The notes under the pieces are model-generated. The model had not been told where the DNA came from, searched no databases, and saw only the letters and a program-made list of their open reading frames with translations. Positions 27,364 to 39,151 of a DNA stretch of 64,000 nt are shown here, in pieces. Position numbers and translations under genes: made by a program. The stretch is from the NCBI GenBank assembly GCA_001643675.2, contig LSRY02000014.1, forward strand, positions 62,001-126,000. The letters run 5' to 3'. The stretch's first letter is position 1. Each line of letters opens with the position of its first letter. This stretch comes from Monocercomonoides exilis PA203 (lineage: Eukaryota > Protista > Preaxostyla).

Positions 27364-28817
27364 ATGGCAGAAAGAAAAGCAATGCAAAAATATTATCCAC
27401 CTGAATGGACTCCAAAAGATGGATCTCTAAATAAATTTCATGGGCAGCACCCCCTTCGGCAGCGTGCAAGCAAATTAAAAACTGAAGGAATTCTGGTAAT
27501 TCGTTTTGAGATTCCTTTTAACATGTGGTGCGAAGAGTGCGGGTGCTTCATTGCTCAAGGAACTAGATTTAATGCAGAAAAGAAGACAGTTGGATCGTAT
27601 TTAAGCACAAAAATTCTAAGTTTCAAAATGAATTGTGATAGCTGCCACAATGAGATTGAAATTCAAACTGATCCACAGGTGTTCGAGAATTTGATGACTT
27701 ATATCCTGACAATTTAATTTTACATATTTTTGTTTTAATTGATACAGCATCAAAGATATGTTGTTACAAAAGGTGGAAAACAAAAATCTCAAGATTTTGA
27801 CGCAGCTGATGCAGAAACAATGATGCTATCATCTGTCGAGGAAAGAATCAAACTTAAAACCGATGCTCTGTATGCATTAGAACATTTTGAAGAAGATAAA
27901 AAGGTATGACTGCTTCAAAATTTTTCATAATTAAACTTTATTGTTGAATGTAGAAAGCTTTGGAAGATAGTGAGGCAGTTGGGAAAATGCTTGAATTGAT
28001 GAAAACTAAAGAAAGCTATTTTGATTTGAATGAAAGTGTTCGGAAACGTTTCAGAGTTTGATCAATAATTCACATTTTTTTCAAATAAGATTCTTTTTTT
28101 AAATGGATATCAAAGAAAGTGCATCGTGATGATAAAGACATTGAAAAAAGAAATAAAATAAAATCGTCTTTTCGTCTATTGCCATCTTCAGCAGATGATG
28201 AAGAAGCAGGAAAGAAGTTTGCTCTTCTTTATTTACTTACATTTAACTGATATGAAACATCTTCTTTATTGTTTCCATGTTTTAAAAATATCTACGATCC
28301 ATAAATAAGTGTTGTGTTCAAGCACAAATCCCCTTCATCTCAGCTACCAAAATCATTTCGAACCAAATCAATGATTCATTCTTTTCCTTCTCTGTCCCAT
28401 CATCAAAGCTCATCTCAACCTTCAACTGAATTGGAAAGTTCAAAATCAAAATCGCTTGTTCCTCCATCACTTTTAAGCTCAACTTCACAGAGCGAATCTC
28501 TTCTTTCTCTTGCTCCTTCTGCTACTCCATCATCATCAAAATCTAAATCCTCATCAAGCATTATTTCGTCTTTATTTGACTCATTATCAAAAAGTAGTGA
28601 AAAGAAAGAGAAATGTACAAATACAGAAGATACCAAAAAAGATGTTATTGACTTGGAAGACAAGGTTGATCCATGTTCTAAAAGAACAAAAGAAATGAGA
28701 CAAAAAGAAAGAGAGAATGAAACATCTAAAGTCGATGAAATAGATTTTACTGACAATATTTCAAGTAATACTTCTATGATGTTTGGATCAAAGCGAATGA
28801 AATTTGAAAATGGATGA
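27364..28817 (+). CDS. YJU2B: CCDC130/YJU2B (CWC16 family) splicing factor, multi-exon
   Basis: MAERKAMQKYYPP..GSLNKFHGQHPLRQRA..GILVIRFEIPFNMWC..C..RFNAEKK..C..C..IQTDP. Later exon boundaries are approximate. Confidence 0.9.
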
Positions 28818-29075
28818 ACTTTTTTTGTGAGCGTGTGTATGATATTTACAATGATGATCCTTTCGGGTATATAGATACAAATAATATTAGTTCAAAATAC
28901 AGAATTATTATGTATCTGAATCCGTCAACCTGCTTTTATGTTAAAATCACAGCTAGGTCATCATCACTGACATATTATTTTTCGAGTATTTTTTTCTGAT
29001 GATGAGATGTTGAATAAATGTTTTGTGAACATGATCAAAAAATGTATTTTTCGAATTTTTGTTTGAATATTTTTA

Positions 29076-31058
29076 ATGTCACAAAGTTTCAAACACTCTA
29101 GGCCTCTTGAAGAGATTTATAAAATTATAGACAAGGAAACAACTGTTAAAGGCCTTGGATGCCAAGCTGATATTTCTCTTCCAAAAGCAAAACTTCGAAC
29201 TGTTTTGAAAATTGACTATTCCCCTTCTATGCCTTTTAGAAACGCGCAAAATCAAATTTTAATTGATTTAACTGATGATTATGATGAAAATTCTAGTGTT
29301 TCGTTGCAAAGATATTATTCTCCAGAACGTAATTCGGATCAATCCGTTGGGAGAAATTCAATAACGTATGGTGAAATGAGAAAATCTTCGGTTCAACAGA
29401 TTATCAATGAGATTAATGCATTAAGTGAACAATATAGATTTAAAGAAGATTCTGTTTTTGTAGATATTGGATCGGGCCTGGGAAAGATAGTTTTCCATGC
29501 TTTTCTTTCAACTCCTTCTTCAGAATGTTGGGGAGTTGAAATTGTTCGAAAAAGAAATGACTTTGCTGAATCAATGAAGCCAAAGCTCATGGAAATTCTT
29601 GAAAAGCATGATAATGATCCTGATATTGTATGTCTTGGTATTGCTAACGATGAGCGGCCATCACCAAAGCATGAGCCAATATTTTGCGACTTGACATCGC
29701 CACCACTTCACGATGAAGAGGAGGAGCGTAAATCCGTTGCTTCTTCATCTGAATGCACATCGTCATCGACTCTTTCAATTGATCATACACCCACTTCACC
29801 TTCCACTTCGAACACATCTACTCAAGTATTTGACATTTCTGATTCAACGGAACAACCAGTTTCCATTCCAGCAATAAGAACTTCATCACCTCTATCATCT
29901 TCATCAACATCACCAATTCCGTTTCCACATTCATCAGCATCAAGTTCATCATCTCCTTCTCCTTCTCCAACTCCATCTCCTTCTTCTCATTCATTTCCTT
30001 ATGTATTTACATCAACACCTCCATCGCCAACTCTTCCATTTCCACGCAGAAAGGCACAAGAAGTGGAAACGAAAATTCATTTTGTGTGCGATGACTGTGT
30101 TAGATGGCTAATGGACACTGATGTTGAGCCAACTCATATCATAATGTATGATAAGGTCTTTTCACAGCACACATACAAGCGCCTTCTGAATGTTTTGGAG
30201 AAAGTTGTTCCGTTCAAAATTCTTGTCTCTTTTCAGACGCCTGACTTTTTGTACAGAAACGGCTTGCGTTCTATTCAAAAGATGAAGCGTGTCTCTGTCA
30301 CGACAACTGGAAACGAAGGATTTAGTTGCTTCATTTATGCGCGAACAAGGAAAGTTGGAGAGAGCGAAGACCCAAAAACAAAGGAGTCAGAAACAGTTGA
30401 CTCCGAATTGAGCGCGAATGCAGATGAACAGAGCAACAAAGAAGAGCAGTCGCACTCACAAGATTCTTCATCAAAACAGGGAGCGGAGGCAGATTCTCAA
30501 GCGAGCGGTGAATTCGCTGCTCATGAAAAAGAAAAGAACGAAAAAGAGTCGCTTGATTTGTCTGTGAAAGAAAACAGAATTAAATGGAAGAGAGATTTAA
30601 TGGCTTTGGATTGTGAGAAAGTTTCGGATAAACTGGCAAAAATATTTGAAGATGTGTATGAAGAAGAGGAAAAGAAGATGAAAGAAGACATTTACCAAGC
30701 AAAGCAGGAACGCAGAAAAAGGGAGGCACTTCGAAGAGAGCAGCGGAATGCTGAAGGATCGAAAAAGAACAGCAAACAAAAATCGAAGTTTAAGTTCGTA
30801 TCCAACATGGGTTTAATCAATTCTCTTACCAAAAGCAAGCTCCGTTTGAATAAAGCCAAGCAGACGAAAACATTTCGTTTCCAATCGCGTTCGAACCAGC
30901 GAAAATCAAAATCAAGCAAAGAAAATAACTCTGGGTCAATTATTACTGTTTCTGATAGTGAGAGTTCGAGTGAGATAATCTCAGACTTTTTATCTGATGA
31001 TAGAGAGGACGATGCCGATGAAGATATCAAGAAAATTGACATTGAAAAAATTGATTAA
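29076..31058 (+). CDS. DOT1-like class I SAM-dependent methyltransferase
   Basis: TYGE motif, FVDIGSGLGK (motif I) and WGVEIV (post-I), with a basic/acidic C-terminal tail. Confidence 0.7.
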   Translation: MSQSFKHSRPLEEIYKIIDKETTVKGLGCQADISLPKAKLRTVLKIDYSPSMPFRNAQNQILIDLTDDYDENSSVSLQRYYSPERNSDQSVGRNSITYGEMRKSSVQQIINEINALSEQYRFKEDSVFVDIGSGLGKIVFHAFLSTPSSECWGVEIVRKRNDFAESMKPKLMEILEKHDNDPDIVCLGIANDERPSPKHEPIFCDLTSPPLHDEEEERKSVASSSECTSSSTLSIDHTPTSPSTSNTSTQVFDISDSTEQPVSIPAIRTSSPLSSSSTSPIPFPHSSASSSSSPSPSPTPSPSSHSFPYVFTSTPPSPTLPFPRRKAQEVETKIHFVCDDCVRWLMDTDVEPTHIIMYDKVFSQHTYKRLLNVLEKVVPFKILVSFQTPDFLYRNGLRSIQKMKRVSVTTTGNEGFSCFIYARTRKVGESEDPKTKESETVDSELSANADEQSNKEEQSHSQDSSSKQGAEADSQASGEFAAHEKEKNEKESLDLSVKENRIKWKRDLMALDCEKVSDKLAKIFEDVYEEEEKKMKEDIYQAKQERRKREALRREQRNAEGSKKNSKQKSKFKFVSNMGLINSLTKSKLRLNKAKQTKTFRFQSRSNQRKSKSSKENNSGSIITVSDSESSSEIISDFLSDDREDDADEDIKKIDIEKID

Positions 31059-33503
31059 ACTTCAAAAGTCATCGAAATTCACTTTTAGCAATAAATAAAA
31101 GATAAATTGCAATAGATGAATATTTCGATTCATTCTCAAATATTTTTGTAGTCATCTGCATTTACAAAGTGCTAAAGTGTTTGTCTTCTGAGCTTAATGT
31201 TCGGTTTGTACCAATTAATTAATGGCTTAAATGTTACAGCGTAAATGAAGAATAATCCTGCTTGCACCAGATTTTAATTCTCAATTTTATTTGTTAGCAG
31301 CTGGATTGAAAGAAACAATACATAGTTGGGACAAATCTTTTAATAAACAATTTTAATGTGAGTCATTGCGACAACTATTATGTTAGTAATGCGATAAAGG
31401 AAAGAAGATTCTTGTGAAATTTATATGAAAAAATCAGATCTCACCCTTTTTATAAACAATTTTAATCAATAATGAATAATTCTCGTTTTTGGAAGTATTT
31501 CAAAGGTTTTAACGGATTCAAAAAATCACAATAAATTCATTACATTTTAAAGTGTTGGGCATATGGTACTTATATGCCACTTTGCCAAATTAAAGATAAA
31601 CTTTAGATCATATGTTTAAAGCACATTTGAAAAGATTATTCAATCGTTAATTAGTGGAAAAATCAGATTTTATTGAAAAAAATTTTGATCAACCCATTAA
31701 AAATTCAAAATATTTGTGCACAAAATTATCGGTTTTTTATTGATGAGTATATATATTATACCAAAAACATTAACGAATGCCAAATATTGGTATAATTCAA
31801 GTGTCCTGGTACCAATTGATCTGAACCATTAAAAATGACAAGTAAACTTTTGGAGATCTTTTTGAATGATGAAAAAACATGGAAATATGCTATTGAACAT
31901 GATATATTTCCATCTTTCATGGAGTGCAGTTCATGCAAGAAAAAAATGATACTTCAACGGGACAACTCTTCTTGCAGAAGATTCAGATGCAAAAGCTGTA
32001 GAGTTTCTGTTAATGTGAAAAAAGGAACAATTTTTGAAAAAACTCGGTTACGTATATCAACATGTTTCATGTTAATACTGTTTTGGAATTGTGGATTGTC
32101 TCAGTTTCAGTCTTTAACACTCACTGGAATATCGTATCAAACAATTGTTGAATGGTACAGAATGATCAGGAGATCTGCAGAGTTGTTTTTGCTTAAACAT
32201 CCAAGAATGATGGGTGGCGAAGGGAAAATCGTTGAAGTTGACGAAGCAATATGGAGGAGAAGAAAATATAAAAGAGGAAGGAGAAAAAAACAGATATGGA
32301 TGTTTGGATTAATTGAACGCACAAAAGAAACTGAAGGAAAACTTAATGTTTTCATTATTAACAGGAGATCAGGCGAGATATAATCTAGTTGACAGACGAT
32401 TTGAGCTAAAATACAAATAATAAATGAAAAGCGCTCTTTTTCTAATTATTTTAAAATTATTGCTATTTGGCGAAACTTTGTCTGTCATGTTCAGTTTTAA
32501 AAATGCTTAAAATAAAAAAATAATGGGTGTGATCATTGAATAAATTTGTTCCTTCGCATATTTCCACATGTCGCAAACTAATATTGATGAACTAGGCTGT
32601 GTGCAAATTTCTTGTTTATGTATGCTCATTTCTTCTGTTTTGTAGTTTAATTAATGTTGCACAGGTCGAAATTATCAAAACATGTTTGAATCTTAAGTAA
32701 GGACAAAATTTTGGAAAATAAGTTGATATATGTTTTTATAATGGATTGAAATGTTCTCATCAAAATTAGTGAATCGATTAAATACTGGTTTGATTTTGTT
32801 TCTTGAATATATAATTGATGATACTAATATTTTAAATTATTATTAATAAACAGGAAGTTGAATTGTCAGAGTGTATGTGCCTTATAGAATTCACGAAGCG
32901 TTGCGAATGATATCGCGAGATATTTTAATTGGAGCTGTTTAAAACTATATCATGAACAAAGAAATAGTTAAAGAGATTATTATTAAAGAAGCCAAGATGA
33001 ATGGAGAAAAGATTGAAAAATTGGAAAAAGATTTTTCCAAATTAAATCTTTTGTTTTTCAATGAGTTTTCGTTGAAGCAGATATCAATATGAATGAATTG
33101 TCTCATAAAAGTTGAGTTGAATTAAGAGGAAAACAAAGAAGCACAAAAAGAAGCGGAAATAGCCTTGTTGGCTTTGATAACTTTAGGATTAAATGTATGA
33201 AAACTATTTTCTTTTTTATATTATTGATGTTTTCACCCCTCTTTTTTCAAAAGAAATTGGTAAAGAACTTAACTTCGTGAAATCAAGATCATGGAATGTT
33301 TAAAAGATCATCATAATCTCGCATAACTTGCATATCAGTCTGCTTGTGAGTTTTTGATTCACAGATAGGACACTGACAAAGGTTTGGATGAAGAGATCGT
33401 GAATGAACTGCATTTTGGAAGAGAGGCAGAAAGAAAGTTGGTAGAACAGATGATATGTGTGGATTGGAAGAAGTGAAAAGAAAATTATAAAGAGAAATAG
33501 GTA

Positions 33504-33605
33504 AAAAGCAGCAGAAGTGGAAGGAAAAAAGAAGAAAGCAGCAGAAGTGGAAGGAAAAAAGAAGAAAGCAGCAGAAGTGGAAGGAAAAAAGAAGAAAGCA
33601 GCAGA
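33504..33605 (+). repeat. 30-bp minisatellite, about 3.3 copies, in the left TIR
   Basis: Unit AAAGCAGCAGAAGTGGAAGGAAAAAAGAAG. Confidence 0.95.
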
Positions 33606-33996
33606 TATTGAGAAATATGAGAATATTAACGAATTGTCATTTAGTTTGAAAGTGATTCTAATATCATTAAGTTGAAGATCAAGTTAATAGTATTTAGTAA
33701 ATTATTATTTGTATTTTAACTATTTCTTTATTTGATACATTTTTTGATTTTATTTATGATACAATATTATTTCATTATTTTTGTAATTCGATTCCAGATT
33801 ATTTTTAAATCTTTGTTTGATCAAGAAATTGATAATTTTTCGTAATTTTTCAAAATTTTATTTTGAAGTACCTTTAGCATCTTATTTGTTGATTTCACTT
33901 CACTGATTTAACTTTTTATTTCTCATTTTTTCGAATATGAAGATCAAAACTCAAATAATTCTATAAATCTATTTCAAACACTCTGTCTGAAATATA

Positions 33997-34869
33997 ATGC
34001 CAACCAAAGCAGAAAATCAAAAGCAGTTTAAAAGATTGTTTCAAATATTTAAATCAGAAAAAGAAACAATTGATTGGCTTTTGGATCATAAGATATTGGA
34101 AAAAGACCGCTATTGTTGGAAGTGCCAAAAGAATATGAAAATCTACGTTTATGAAAATGAAACAAGTCGCTTTCGTTGCAAACACAAACAAGTCAAAATT
34201 TCAAAAAATACAAATTTTGAAAAATTCAGATTCAAAATTTGTAATATCTGTTTGATGGCTTTATGTTTTTTGGTCGGCATTTCTCAAACACATTGCAGCT
34301 TCATTTGTGGAAAATCAAACATTTCTGTGATGCATGCTTATGATTCTTTTCGAAAGTGCATATCAAAATTTTACATGGAAAATCCGCGAATTATTGGAGG
34401 AAAAGGAACTGAAGTGGAAATTGATGAAGCAATATTTCCAAAAAGAAAATACAATAGAGGAAGAACAAAAAGGCAAAATTGGATCATTGGAGGAATTGAA
34501 CGTCCTAAAAAAAAGGGTCAAAAATCCAATCTGTTTTTAATTCCTGTTTTGAAAAGATCACGAGAAATACTGCATCAAACGATCAAAAGTTATGTGAAGG
34601 AAAAAACCAAAATATTCACGGATTGTTGGAGGGGATATAATAATTTGAATGGAGCTGGATACACGCATTTAACTGTCAATCACAAAAAAAGATTTGTAGA
34701 TCCTATTACAAAGGCTCACACACAAAGAATAGAAAGTACTTGGAGCCTTCTCAGAAAATATCTTCCTCCATATGGTGTGAGACAAAAATATATGCAAGAT
34801 TATTTAAATGTTTTCACATTTAAAGAAGCCCTTGTAACTCATTCATTAAATTTTTACACATTTTTGTAA
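33997..34869 (+). CDS. Merlin/ISXO2-like DDE transposase B (intact ORF)
   Basis: CxxC, VEIDE, RKYNRGR, TDCWRGY, HLTVNH, HTQRIESTW. Confidence 0.92.
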   Translation: MPTKAENQKQFKRLFQIFKSEKETIDWLLDHKILEKDRYCWKCQKNMKIYVYENETSRFRCKHKQVKISKNTNFEKFRFKICNICLMALCFLVGISQTHCSFICGKSNISVMHAYDSFRKCISKFYMENPRIIGGKGTEVEIDEAIFPKRKYNRGRTKRQNWIIGGIERPKKKGQKSNLFLIPVLKRSREILHQTIKSYVKEKTKIFTDCWRGYNNLNGAGYTHLTVNHKKRFVDPITKAHTQRIESTWSLLRKYLPPYGVRQKYMQDYLNVFTFKEALVTHSLNFYTFL

Positions 34870-35194
34870 ATTTTGATTATTAAAGAATGTGAATTTTTTT
34901 CTCAATTATTTTTTTTAAATATTCTTCATTCCACTGATAATTAAATAAAATGAGATATGACAAATAAGAAGTTCATTTTCTTTTATTTATAAAGCTTTCA
35001 TTAAACACTAATAATAAAAAATAAAATCAACAATCGGATTTATCAATTACAATAAAATATTTAACATTCTCATAATTTCAATCTCTATTTAACGATACAT
35101 TTTTAATAAATGTTTAAAGCGATTTATATGACAAATAATCAATATTTTAATTGAGGTCTCTCCATGCATCTTTATTATAGTCATTTCTAAAGCA

Positions 35195-35408
35195 ATTTTT
35201 TTTTTCCTTCCACTTCTGCTGCTTTCTTCTTTTTTCCTTCCACTTCTGCTGCTTTCTTCTTTTTTCCTTCCACTTCTGCTGCTTTCTTCTTTTTTCCTTC
35301 CACTTCTGCTGCTTTCTTCTTTTTTCCTTCCACTTCTGCTGCTTTCTTCTTTTTTCCTTCCACTTCTGCTGCTTTCTTCTTTTTTCCTTCCACTTCTGCT
35401 GCTTTTTA
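35195..35408 (-). repeat. Same 30-bp minisatellite, about 7 copies, in the right TIR
   Basis: TTTTTCCTTCCACTTCTGCT recurs every 30 bp from 35201 to 35381. Confidence 0.95.
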
Positions 35409-37309
35409 CCTATTTCTCTTTATAATTTTCTTTTCACTTCTTCCAATCCACACATATCATCTGTTCTACCAACTTTCTTTCTGCCTCTCTTCCAAAATGC
35501 AGTTCATTCACGATCTCTTCATCCAAACCTTTGTCAGTGTCCTATCTGTGAATCAAAAACTCACAAGCAGACTGATATGCAAGTTATGCGAGATTATGAT
35601 GATCTTTTAAACATTCCATGATCTTGATTTCACGAAGTTAAGTTCTTTACCAATTTCTTTTGAAAAAAGAGGGGTGAAAACATCAATAATATAAAAAAGA
35701 AAATAGTTTTCATACATTTAATCCTAAAGTTATCAAAGCCAACAAGGCTATTTCCGCTTCTTTTTGTGCTTCTTTGTTTTCCTCTTAATTCAACTCAACT
35801 TTTATGAGACAATTCATTCATATTGATATCTGCTTCAACGAAAACTCATTGAAAAACAAAAGATTTAATTTGGAAAAATCTTTTTCCAATTTTTCAATCT
35901 TTTCTCCATTCATCTTGGCTTCTTTAATAATAATCTCTTTAACTATTTCTTTGTTCATGATATAGTTTTAAACAGCTCCAATTAAAATATCTCGCGATAT
36001 CATTCGCAACGCTTCGTGAATTCTATAAGGCACATACACTCTGACAATTCAACTTCCTGTTTATTAATAATAATTTAAAATATTAGTATCATCAATTATA
36101 TATTCAAGAAACAAAATCAAACCAGTATTTAATCGATTCACTAATTTTGATGAGAACATTTCAATCCATTATAAAAACATATATCAACTTATTTTCCAAA
36201 ATTTTGTCCTTACTTAAGATTCAAACATGTTTTGATAATTTCGACCTGTGCAACATTAATTAAACTACAAAACAGAAGAAATGAGCATACATAAACAAGA
36301 AATTTGCACACAGCCTAGTTCATCAATATTAGTTTGCGACATGTGGAAATATGCGAAGGAACAAATTTATTCAATGATCACACCCATTATTTTTTTATTT
36401 TAAGCATTTTTAAAACTGAACATGACAGACAAAGTTTCGCCAAATAGCAATAATTTTAAAATAATTAGAAAAAGAGCGCTTTTCATTTATTATTTGTATT
36501 TTAGCTCAAATCGTCTGTCAACTAGATTATATCTCGCCGGAGATCAGAACGTGTTTTAATTCCACTTATCAAAAGAAGTGTTCTTCCTGGAACAACGATT
36601 ATGTCAGATCAATGGAAAGGATATCGATCTCTTCCAAAGCATGGATATATTCATCTAACTGTTAATCATTCGAAAACGTACAAAAACAAAAAAACAAACG
36701 CATGTACAAATCTTATTGAAGGAACGTGGGCTAGGATTCGAAGATACATGCCAGTTCATGGAGTGAGGGAAGGATATATCGAGGAGTATTTAGCAGGATT
36801 CATATTTCAAAAAATACTCCACAAAACTTTGGAAGATTTGCTGCAAGCAATAAAGGATTACACTGATGATGAATACGTTCGCACAATTGAATCTTTGTAT
36901 GACGAATCAGAAAGTGAGGATGAAGACTTGAATTCAGATGAAGACGAAAGCAAAGAAGAAAGCGAGGAAGAAAGCTTAAGTTTCGGTGCAGGAGATGGAG
37001 AAGATGCAAGTGACTTCGTCCCTGAAAAACGAACAAGAAAAGATTTTTTTCAATAATCTTTTCAATCAGTCCTTATTAAAGATAAGAATTTTATTCATAT
37101 CGTATTTTTCTATTTCTATTTTCACGAAAATTGCATTTTAAAAAAGAGATCAAATCATTTATTAAATTAATATCAGTTTCTTTTGTAATAGGGTTTGCAC
37201 AGAGTGCTTCTTTTAAGGGTTTTGACCAAAATTTTTAGGTTTTTCTTAGCAAAATTTTTTTAGGGTTAGGGTTGGCAATAAAAGAAAAATTTCAAATAGA
37301 ACCCCATTA

Positions 37310-38992
37310 GTCGGGGTGGAAACCCGAGCCAGGGAGGAAACCCGAGCCAGTGATCTTTTCATGAATAAATATATTTTTTTCATTTTTTTGTTAATATTTT
37401 TGAAATTGAGTTTTTATTAATGCAATCTGATAAAAAAATACAATATTTCTTTATTGCACATGTTAAAAATATTCAATTGAATTGAAAGAAAAGAGAGATA
37501 ATGAAAAATTAAGAAGAATAATAAAGATAAAAAGTTGTTCATCTAAAAAGGTTTTCAAGCCTATCGGAAGCTCTGTAAACTGCTCCATAAGATGCACCTT
37601 CAGGAGCTTTTTTTGGCTCAATTTCGGATTGAGCCCATACTGGAGGTGAATCTGGAAGGTGTCTGAGAATATCTTCTTTATTCACTGGCCACATTCCGCT
37701 CACTCTCCATGATGCGATAATCGTCTCTGGATAGCTTGCTGCAGCTATTCCATTTTTCAGAACTTTCACAAAGGCTTCTCTTCTCGCAGATGCTGAAGTA
37801 ACCATGCCACAATCCTTTGATTTTGAAAAAACGCGCTTCATATTAGCAAAAATGAATTGATCGTTTGGCTGGAGAATGTGGGATGTATGAGATGGTAATT
37901 TTATCAAATCAATTAAGTTATCTCTGCATTCTTTCTTAATATCTTCCTGAAAATGGCCTACTCCTCCGTCCATAATAAGAGCTGCATGTCGAAAATTTTC
38001 TCCAATCTGATTCTTTTTTTTCAATATTTCCGGAAGAAAATATTTTCTAAATAATTCCAGAAATAGATTTGAAGTGAGATGTCCATTTGCAGTTGGTATA
38101 AAAATTTCAAGTGAGGTTGTAGCAAGTCTGTATTCGTTGGGAATTGTTTTTAATGGGATTAGAACTGGAGTAATATATCTGCAGCCATCCGCACTTGTCA
38201 TAAATACGATGGTAGTAGAAGATGGAAGAGATGGCTCAGCAATAAAAGATGAAGGAGTAGAAGAAGATGATGCTACCAAATCTTGCTCCGCGTCGGAAAA
38301 GGATGTTGATGTTTCGTCGATATTAAAAATCAATTGTGGCAGAGGTTTTATTTGCTGCATATACAAATCATAACAATTAAAAAATGGATTTAAAACCATT
38401 TTGCATGTGTGCGCCACACGTCCAATTGGTAAAGCTTTCGGCTTGACCAGTTCAATTTTTGGATGTCTGGTTAAAAATCTATCAATCCAATGTTTGTCCA
38501 CCTTTTTTGTATCTTCATCATCTTTTCGCTTCTTCAATAACAACTCGTTGGCCTAAATAAAAAAAATTGTTAAATAAAAATATAAAAACAATGCATTGAA
38601 ACCATTTGCTCAATAAATTTCTTTGTTGGATTTTTTCCATTGCGCACATCTTCCAATATTTGCTGTTCAAAATCATCCTCTTCTGAAATGGTAAAAAGAG
38701 TCGGTCTTCCGCACTTTCTTATTTTTCTACCTTCGTTTCTTGCTTTGAGAGCTCTTTGTAATGATCCCCGTGATATTAATTTACACTCCTCAATTTCTCG
38801 CTCAGAAAAGTTCAAAAAGTCATAGGCATATATTGCTTTGATAGTGTCGTCTTCCATTGAACGCATTTCACTTGTAGCCAACAGCCTGGCCAAAGAGGGT
38901 TTAACCTTCTCCATTATGATCAAAAAACTTTATTTAAAAATTTTGATCAAAGTGGCTCGGGTTTCATCCCTGGCTCGGGTTTCCACCCCGAC
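37310..38992 (-). mobile_element. pogo/Tigger-like (Tc1/mariner) element
   Basis: ~40-bp TIRs GTCGGGGTGGAAACCCGAGCCAGGGA(G/T)GAAACCCGAGCCA, each with an internal direct repeat. TA flanks both sides (37308-37309, 38993-38994). Confidence 0.9.
37539..38914 (-). CDS. pogo-like DDD transposase (HTH + DDE_1), 1 intron
   Basis: GRPT, WIDRFLTRHP, FNIDETS, LIMDG, PSHTSHILQPND. Intron at ~38553-38622. Confidence 0.9.
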
Positions 38993-39002
38993 TAATGGGG
39001 GT

Positions 39003-39076
39003 GCGATAATGGTCTAGTGGTTGGTTGATGTCCGACCATTGTGCTAGGGTCTGGGTTCAATTCCCACTAGACCCTA
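39003..39076 (+). ncRNA. tRNA-like / Pol III type-2 promoter cassette, not a canonical tRNA
   Basis: A-box TGGTCTAGTGG (39010-39020), B-box GGTTCAATTCC (39054-39064), a T-arm hairpin and a downstream T-run. The acceptor stem does not pair. Confidence 0.5.
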
Positions 39077-39151
39077 TTTATTTTTTGCTAATTTTTTATT
39101 GAATTTTTGGTACCAGCTCTCTTGAATCTTACCCAAATATTTAATCGTTTG

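Larger units (their letters stand above)
32372..36538 (+). mobile_element. Nested Merlin element with ~1.2-1.35-kb TIRs
   Basis: Starts GGCGAGATATAATCTAG and ends CTAGATTATATCTCGCC. The 8-bp TSD GGAGATCA is at 32364-32371 and 36539-36546. The arms appear near-identical. Confidence 0.95.
31835..37056 (+). pseudogene. Merlin transposase A, interrupted by the nested element
   Basis: 31835-32371 and 36547-37056 rejoin in frame (NRRS|ERVLIPLIK) to give 348 aa with a Zn-ribbon, VEVDE, SDQWKGY, HLTVNHS and TNLIEG. Confidence 0.9.

Noticed and set aside
35187-35408. 30-bp repeat array as a CRISPR or as a (KKKKAAEVEG)n protein
   Set aside because: There are no spacers, only head-to-tail units within a TIR, in a eukaryotic context. 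The ORF is a by-product of the repeat.
39003-39076. Functional tRNA gene
   Set aside because: No acceptor stem or proper anticodon arm can be formed, so it is kept only as tRNA-like.
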